Source: Marinifilaceae bacterium (GTDB taxonomy: Bacteria; Bacteroidota; Bacteroidia; Bacteroidales; Marinifilaceae). From it: a DNA stretch of 64,000 bases. The DNA lies in the NCBI GenBank assembly GCA_025210485.1, contig JAOARN010000132.1, forward strand, positions 382 through 64,381, in the 5' to 3' direction. The notes beneath the pieces were generated by a model, which had not been told where the DNA came from, ran no database searches, and saw nothing but the letters and a program-made list of their open reading frames with translations. Position 1 is the first letter of the stretch. The number at the start of each line of letters is the position of its first letter. This document shows, piece by piece, positions 62,384 through 64,000 of this stretch. Both the position numbers and the translations under genes were made by a program.

Positions 62384-63440
62384 ATAAATACACTAGAAAT
62401 CACTTAATCTAATTTACAAAAAAATAATATTATTTGTCAAAATAAAAAAACAGGCTATGCATTATTAACTATAAGTTCATTTGTATTCTATATGTATTTA
62501 TTAACCTTAATAGGTTGATGACGATACTTTTCTATTGACTTGGCTCTGTAAAGTAGTGTAAGAGCGTTGATGCCAGACCTGAATTCGTTTATACTCCTGA
62601 ACCAGGATACATAGTTCTCTAAATATTTTGTAGCTACTCCTCTGAAATGTGAATGAACCCATTCATAAAATTGAGATTTATAGTTGTTTAGATTTTGTGA
62701 ATTTAAAATATTTCATTGTTTTAAACTGAAATACCTGTGATTATAACCGTTCTCTTTTGAAAAATTAGAATATACTTTGTTCTTATCTGAAAAGAGTAAT
62801 GATTTATCGAGTATAATTTTAGATAATTGCTTATTTAGTGTATTTGTTGAAAAAGTTTTGTTTGTAATATCGAATATATTGAAATTCCTATCTATGCCAT
62901 ATATCACAAAAATATTTTTCCTTTTTTTAATATTGAAATCAATATTACTTCCTTTAAATGACTCTTTTATTGATAAGTGTCCACTTTCTACTATTCCTGC
63001 TAGTTTTTTTGCCTTTGTGTGTTTTAAATTACTAATAAATCTATGTCTCCACCTAAAGGATGTGTTTTTATGAATACCGCAATTTTCTGCAGCTTCGTTA
63101 ATTGTAAGCCCCTCTTTTAAGCAATTTGCATAATCTAACCAATGCCCCTTTCTGCGAAGTCTTGCAAGTGGTGTGTTGCTAAGACTATTAAAAGTTTTTT
63201 TACAGTTTTTACATTGATATCTTTGTAAATCATTTCTGATTCCCCATTTTACCCATAGTTGTGATTTACAGAATGGACATGATAATAATGATTTGTCTGT
63301 TTCTAGTATGTTTGCTATTTTTTTTGATCTTACCCTTTTATCTACTTCATCCCTTAATTTAGTGAATTGTGAAATTTTGATTTTGTGTACATTATCTATC
63401 ATCTTCCTGAATTCTTTTGTTTCCATAGTGGTTCTTTTTT
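62381..63440 (-). mobile_element. IS1595-family insertion sequence, probably defective (~1.06 kb)
   Basis: Single transposase frame filling the element. Flanked by direct repeat AAAGTTGTA(AAA). Ends are only weakly inverted: AAAATAAATACACTA vs AAAAAAGAACCACTA, 11/15. Boundaries uncertain by about 4 nt. Confidence 0.55.
62488..63426 (-). pseudogene. IS1595-family DDE transposase interrupted by an in-frame TGA (62715-62713)
   Basis: N-terminal Zn ribbon CPFC..CKNC and HTH (TPLARLRRKGHW, NTSFRWRHRF). The DDE region is GIVESGHLSIKESFKG, LFSDKNKVY. After the TGA the same frame continues NILNSQNLNNYKSQFYEWVHSHFRGVATKYLENYVSWFRSINEF... to a TAG at 62490-62488. Confidence 0.7.
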
Positions 63441-63452
63441 AAAGTTGTAAAA
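63441..63452 (+). repeat. right copy of the direct repeat AAAGTTGTAAAA
   Basis: See 62372-62383. Overlaps the first 3 nt of array repeat 1. Confidence 0.6.
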
Positions 63453-63476
63453 TCTACCCTTAACGGTGAAAAATAT
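63450..63476 (+). repeat. array repeat copy 1: AAATCTACCCTTAACGGTGAAA + AATAT
   Basis: The 22-nt core is identical to copies 2 and 3. The tail differs by a 1-nt deletion. Confidence 0.9.
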
Positions 63477-63640
63477 AAGAGAAAATTAATATGAGTTCCT
63501 GTCTATTGTACGATTTAGGAAATAAAAGTGTTCAGTTTTTTTTAATAAAAACACAATGATGACGACTATTTGTTTGTAGTTATAAATCTGATAGCTTATT
63601 TAATTGAATATTTCAGTCGTGGATTGTTTTTGTTTATAGG

Positions 63641-63669
63641 AAATCTACCCTTAACGGTGAAATAATATT
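63641..63669 (+). repeat. array repeat copy 2: AAATCTACCCTTAACGGTGAAATAATATT
   Basis: 29/29 identical to copy 3. Starts 191 bp after copy 1. Confidence 0.9.
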
Positions 63670-63820
63670 AAAAGCTATGAATAATAATACTGAGAGATTA
63701 GTTGTGCTCCACAAAGGAGTTATTGTTGTGTAAATTAGTCGTTTAGAGTTTGGGTGATTAAATTTGCGTAGACTCTAGAATAGCATAGATTATGCAATCT
63801 CTTTAAATTTGATAATTAAC

Positions 63821-63849
63821 AAATCTACCCTTAACGGTGAAATAATATT
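63821..63849 (+). repeat. array repeat copy 3: AAATCTACCCTTAACGGTGAAATAATATT
   Basis: 29/29 identical to copy 2. Starts 180 bp after copy 2. A further copy would fall just beyond position 64000. Confidence 0.9.
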
Positions 63850-64000
63850 TGGAAAATTTCATCTATATTTTGAGAGAAAACCTATTTTTATTTAGTCTAA
63901 AAAGCATTCAAAATATTACACCTTAAACTATTCTATTGTTTGTTTAGGTATATATCTAAATAATATATTTATAATTAAATAGATTTAGATTGATTACTAT

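Noticed and set aside
62427-62436. AATATTATTT downstream of the transposase matches the reverse complement of the tail of array copies 2 and 3, suggesting the array repeat might be the IS terminal inverted repeat
   Set aside because: Only 10 A/T-only nucleotides match, and the distinctive CACCGTTAAGGGTAGA part is absent. The 9-12 bp direct repeat at 62372 and 63441 places the IS ends elsewhere.
63450-63849. CRISPR array interpretation of the 22-29 nt repeats
   Set aside because: The spacers are about 160-170 bp, several-fold longer than any CRISPR class. The repeat lacks a convincing stem. Only three copies are visible and no cas genes occur within 64 kb. I kept it as an unexplained repeat array instead.

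Overview
AT-rich Bacteroidota-type chromosomal segment. The phylum call rests on a SusC/SusD pair, an S46 DPP7-like peptidase, lipoprotein-rich ORFs, TTTG/TAnnTTTG promoter boxes and the absence of SD sites. About 90% of the window is densely packed housekeeping: dut, dapD, tsaC, queD, purN, acpP-fabF-rnc, eno, prfB, cysS plus tRNA-Cys, folB, pepE, pyrH, rimP-nusA-infB, folC, an IMPDH-like gene and comM/yifB. A peptidase-only SusC/SusD locus sits at 7.0-17.7 kb, and many other peptidase genes are scattered through the window (M20, S51, M64, M49-like, glutaminyl cyclase). I recognised no cas genes, known defence genes, phage genes or rRNA. The non-routine content is as follows. (1) At the far right edge there are at least 3 perfectly conserved 22-29 nt direct repeats separated by unrelated ~160-170 bp spacers; this array runs off the window. 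(2) Next to that array is a ~1.06 kb IS1595-family insertion bracketed by a 9-12 bp direct repeat; its transposase frame carries an in-frame TGA and a probable catalytic D-to-G change. (3) A small AT-rich islet at 57.2-59.2 kb holds an orphan ORF and a Fic-domain protein whose catalytic His is replaced. (4) A perfect 12-bp inverted repeat flanks a 134-bp promoter-bearing segment inside an 820-bp non-coding gap; it is a candidate invertible or operator element. (5) prfB has the classic +1 programmed frameshift with an SD-like stimulator. All functional calls come from reading the translated ORFs against remembered family motifs. No database search was possible.
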